DNA of 45,740 bases from Coriobacteriales bacterium. GTDB taxonomy: Bacteria > Actinomycetota > Coriobacteriia > Coriobacteriales > UBA8131. Location of the stretch: contig JAITHV010000064.1 in assembly GCA_031279835.1 (NCBI GenBank), forward strand, positions 1 to 45,740, in the 5' to 3' direction. Each line of letters opens with the position of its first letter. Positions within the stretch are counted from its first letter, which is position 1. The position numbers and the translations under genes were made by a program. The notes beneath the pieces were generated by a model. The model ran no database searches and was not told the DNA's origin. It saw only the letters and a list, made by a program, of their open reading frames with translations. Below, piece after piece: positions 42,588 through 45,740 of the stretch.

Positions 42588-43682
42588 CTACAGTCCCTCA
42601 AGAAAATCCGCGATGCGCCTACTGGCCTGGCCGTCTCCATAAGGGTTGCTGCGTCCGCTCATAGCCTGATACTCCGCCTCGTCTTCAAGAAGCTCCTCGA
42701 AGGCAGCGGCCACTGCGCGCTCCTCGGTTCCTGTAAGTCTCAGGGTCCCTGCCTCGACGCCCTCTGGCCGCTCGGTCGTGTCGCGCAAGACGAGCACCGG
42801 CTTGCCCAGTGACGGCGCCTCTTCTTGGATGCCGCCGCTGTCGGTGAGTATCAGGTACGAGCGTGCCATGAAGTTGTGGAAGTCGAAGACGTCAAGCGGC
42901 TCGATAAGCCGTATGCGGTCGCTGCCGCCAAACACCTCCTCGGCAACCTCACGGACAGCGGGGTTTCGGTGAATGGGATACACGACCTTCACGTCAGAGT
43001 GCCGGTCTACCACGCTGCGAATGGCGGTGAACACCTGCCGCATCGGCTCGCCAAGGCTCTCGCGGCGGTGTGCGGTGAGCAAGACAAGCCGAGAGCCCTG
43101 TGCCCAGTCGAGCACGGGATGCGCGTACTCGTCTCTCACCGTTGCCGCAAGGGCGTCGATGACGGTGTTGCCGGTCACGACAACCTGCGCGGCGCTCCTG
43201 CCCTCTCTGCGCAGGTTTTCCGCTGCCCACTGCGTGGGAGCGAAAAAGCAGCTCGTCACTGCGTCAGTCGCCTGCCGATTGAACTCCTCGGGGTAAGGCG
43301 AGTGGATGTTATACGTGCGCAGCCCGGCCTCGACATGCCCCACGGGAATGCGAAGGAAAAAAGCCGCGAGCGAGGTGGCAAACGTGGTAGTGGTGTCACC
43401 GTGGACCAAGACGACGTCTGGCCGCTCCTGTTCAAGGACCGACCGCACGTTCGTGAGCACGTCCACCGTGATGTCAAAGAGGCTCTGTCGGCTCTTCATG
43501 ATGTTGAGGTCGTGGTCTGGCACGACCGAGAACACCTCCAGCACCTGGTCAAGCATCTCACGATGCTGGCCGGTAACGCACACCACGGTCTCAAACGCAG
43601 GGCGTGACTTGAGCTCGTTGACCACCGGGCACATTTTTATCGCCTCAGGCCTGGTGCCGAACACCACGAGTATCTTCTTCAA
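42588..43682 (-). CDS. wecB: UDP-N-acetylglucosamine 2-epimerase (non-hydrolysing)
   Basis: Motifs KKILVVFGTRPEAIKMCPV, HVEAGLRT and LTDSGGIQEEAPSLGKPVLVLR. The TTG start at 43682 has GGGAGG 6 nt upstream. The longer ORF N-terminus was discarded. Confidence 0.92.
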   Translation of the reverse strand: MKKILVVFGTRPEAIKMCPVVNELKSRPAFETVVCVTGQHREMLDQVLEVFSVVPDHDLNIMKSRQSLFDITVDVLTNVRSVLEQERPDVVLVHGDTTTTFATSLAAFFLRIPVGHVEAGLRTYNIHSPYPEEFNRQATDAVTSCFFAPTQWAAENLRREGRSAAQVVVTGNTVIDALAATVRDEYAHPVLDWAQGSRLVLLTAHRRESLGEPMRQVFTAIRSVVDRHSDVKVVYPIHRNPAVREVAEEVFGGSDRIRLIEPLDVFDFHNFMARSYLILTDSGGIQEEAPSLGKPVLVLRDTTERPEGVEAGTLRLTGTEERAVAAAFEELLEDEAEYQAMSGRSNPYGDGQASRRIADFLEGL

Positions 43683-43737
43683 AGCGTGCCTCCCAGTTCG
43701 TTGTCTTGTCAAGTATGCGCATGTCGCCGTTGGGCGC

Positions 43738-45090
43738 TCACACGGCAGCTTCCCTGCGCTGCCCGATGCGCGCGGCATGTTTGCGCGTGAGGTCTTGCAT
43801 CAGGCGGTGCTCATCACCAAAGACCTCGCTATAGGTGTCGAGCTCGGCCAATTCCCTGATCATGTCGCGACCGTCTTGCAGGCCATAGCGCTCCACGAGC
43901 GACTCGTAAAGCCCCTGCGCCCAGGGCACCTCGGCAAAGGCAGGAGAGTACCTAAGGCCGCTTACCGCCCGCGCGAGAGCGAGGTCGGGCGAGATGCCCT
44001 TGGTGCAGTACTCCTGGTCAAAATAGATGAGAGCGTCTTTATCCGCATCGTAAAAGCAGTTGGCAGGCACCAGCTCCCAGTAGCACGTGCCGTTTTGCGC
44101 CGCACGGTATATGTCGTCGCGAATACGGTCGAACGCCACAGTGACCTCGGTCGCGCTCAAACGCCCCACTGCCAAGCGCATGGCCCAATAATCGTACAAG
44201 GTGGGAAGCCCGACACGGGGCATCACCAGAGTGCCGTTCACCACTTCGCCCTCCACGACCTGTAGCCCCAGCGAGCGCAGCTCGTCATGGTTTTTGGCTA
44301 TGCGACCGATAGTCGCGACGCCGTCTGGGTGAAGCGGCGCCTTTACGGCCGTGCCGTCGTCGCACAGTGTCGTGGCAAAGCGCTTGCGCGGCTCACGGTA
44401 GGCAGTGACGGCGGCGTACTCTACCGCACAAGGGGCGTCGTCCGCGCACACGCGGGCCTCCACCAGATACGCCCCGCACATGAACTCGAAGGCGCCGCCA
44501 CGCACGATCTCGCGGTACAGCCCGCGCTCGTCGAAGCACCGGCCCTCGTCGTCGTCGAGGTAGGGCACGAGCCGTTGGTTGTAGAACTCGTTGGGCAAGA
44601 AGGTGTCGCTGTACACCTCGGTCGTCAGCCAGTGGTCAGCAAGGGGATAATACCACTTGGCCGCGGCAAAACCGGCACGTGCAAGTCGGGCGGCCAGCTC
44701 GGCCTTGCCAGGCAGCGGGCTTTCGCCCCTGCCGAACAAGGTGTCATAGGGCCGACCAGTGCCTGGTGCGGTATGACCAGCCCAGTAGCGCAGGGCAAAC
44801 GGGTTCTCGTAGGCAACAAGCAGCTTCCCCCGATCAGAAGCAGCTGCATGCAGGTGCGCAAGCACCTCGTTTGAGAGGTCAGGGGGATCAAGGACCACCA
44901 AGTAGTCGTAGCGGATGCCAGGCAATGGCGCCGTGTGGACCTCTGCCAGCCGTTGCGACAAAAGGCCGTGCAGCATGCCTGCGCTTAAGTCGAGGCAGCA
45001 CGCCGAGGGATCGAAGGGATACCAGCTCAGAACGGCCTCGCGAATCGCCGAGGACCGGTACCATTCCAGGAGTTTTCCGCTTAGAGCCAT
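43738..45090 (-). CDS. Hypothetical protein: methyltransferase-like N-domain (degenerate SAM motif) + kinase-like C-domain
   Basis: The block AYENPFALRYWAGH...YYPLADHWLTTEVYSDTFLP resembles a glycan-locus class I methyltransferase family, but the GxGxG site reads LDLSAGML. The C-terminal WELVPANCFY...LIYFDQEY weakly resembles the APH/choline-kinase catalytic loop. Confidence 0.45.
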   Translation of the reverse strand: MALSGKLLEWYRSSAIREAVLSWYPFDPSACCLDLSAGMLHGLLSQRLAEVHTAPLPGIRYDYLVVLDPPDLSNEVLAHLHAAASDRGKLLVAYENPFALRYWAGHTAPGTGRPYDTLFGRGESPLPGKAELAARLARAGFAAAKWYYPLADHWLTTEVYSDTFLPNEFYNQRLVPYLDDDEGRCFDERGLYREIVRGGAFEFMCGAYLVEARVCADDAPCAVEYAAVTAYREPRKRFATTLCDDGTAVKAPLHPDGVATIGRIAKNHDELRSLGLQVVEGEVVNGTLVMPRVGLPTLYDYWAMRLAVGRLSATEVTVAFDRIRDDIYRAAQNGTCYWELVPANCFYDADKDALIYFDQEYCTKGISPDLALARAVSGLRYSPAFAEVPWAQGLYESLVERYGLQDGRDMIRELAELDTYSEVFGDEHRLMQDLTRKHAARIGQRREAAV

Positions 45091-45740
45091 CGCGCTTCGC
45101 CGTCCTCAACAATCCTGTTGCCGCCTGCATCAAGCCGGACAAATCGCAACGTGTCGCGCACCGGGTTCACCAGCATTATATCCCAGCATGCCCTTTGCGG
45201 CTCTTTGGCCTCAGCTGCGTCGTCGGGGCCCTGGCCATTGCCGCCGCCGGCGGCGATGATCGGAAACGTCTCGCCATTGTCGAAGCTCTCGGCGCTTGCA
45301 TGGGCATGAACAAGCGCGAGCACCTGGCTGGCATGCTCGCTCAGGAGCTCCATGAGCGCGTCCGACCCTCTGAGCGCCAAGGCGGGCGGCGACATTAGGC
45401 GTGCCAGCGGCGGGACATGCGAGAAGACGAGCACGCGGCGGGCGCGCGGCGTGTTCGCCAGCGTGTCGGCGAGCCAGGCGACGCAGGCATCCGAGTAGCC
45501 GAATGGATCGGCGCACGACGGGTCGAAGGAGTCAAGGAACACCATCCTGAGATGCCGCTTGGGCACGTCCACGAAGTACCGGGGACGCGTGCGAGCCAGA
45601 TAGAGTCGAGCTTGCTCGCCGAGAGTCAAAGGCTCGGGGCAGCCGTTCAAGGCGTTCGAGTCGCACGGCCCGAGCGCCCCATACAAGGGGATCCCCAATG
45701 AGCGCAGGGCGGTGGCCTGTGTGCCGACATAGCTGAACAG
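45081..45740 (-). CDS. Metallophosphoesterase-like protein (N-terminus beyond the window edge)
   Basis: Calcineurin-like motifs VLVFSHVPP and LVHAHAS. The frame stays open upstream of the TTG at 45698 to the window end (…LFSYVGTQATALRS-LGIPLY…). Confidence 0.55.
   Translation of the reverse strand: MFSYVGTQATALRSLGIPLYGALGPCDSNALNGCPEPLTLGEQARLYLARTRPRYFVDVPKRHLRMVFLDSFDPSCADPFGYSDACVAWLADTLANTPRARRVLVFSHVPPLARLMSPPALALRGSDALMELLSEHASQVLALVHAHASAESFDNGETFPIIAAGGGNGQGPDDAAEAKEPQRACWDIMLVNPVRDTLRFVRLDAGGNRIVEDGEARWL

Overview
High-GC bacterial chromosome segment; hand counts on sample lines give roughly 57-72 % G+C in the core and about 30-47 % in several islands. It has two parts. (1) Positions 1-15.8 kb are a conserved housekeeping array, all on the minus strand and tightly coupled by many 1-4 nt start/stop overlaps: rplS, rnhB, yraN, comM/yifB, dprA, trmFO, xerC, rpmF, plsX, rnc, smc, ftsY, ffh, secG, tRNA-Leu(GAG). 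This order is Gram-positive-like. Together with a mycobacterial-type Ino1 it suggests a Coriobacteriia/Actinomycetota origin, but that is an unverified guess. (2) Positions 15.9-45.7 kb are accessory. First comes a lower-GC TetR + ABC-2 efflux module. Then comes a large compositionally mosaic cell-wall glycopolymer locus running off the right edge. It encodes a TagGH-type ABC exporter, a TagF-type phosphotransferase carrying an in-frame 9-bp tandem array, and two TagD-type cytidylyltransferases. It also encodes an embedded inositol-3-phosphate synthase plus a small HAD-like protein, WecB/WecC (UDP-ManNAcA supply) and several glycosyltransferases. Among these are two paralogous CgeB-like+GT2 fusion enzymes with recombination-like identity and GC breakpoints. 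Further genes are an SGNH-like/CitC-like ligase fusion, a leaderless heparinase II/III-like protein and a GT2 enzyme with four tandem ~150-aa repeat domains. Two paralogous secreted proteins (double ricin-type beta-trefoil) bracket most of the locus. No CRISPR array, IS element, prophage or rRNA was seen. The most interesting hypothesis is an inositol-phosphate/ManNAcA-containing wall polymer with an unusual adenylating-ligase tailoring enzyme. This is inference from domain content only. All homology calls rest on motif recognition by eye, not on database searches.
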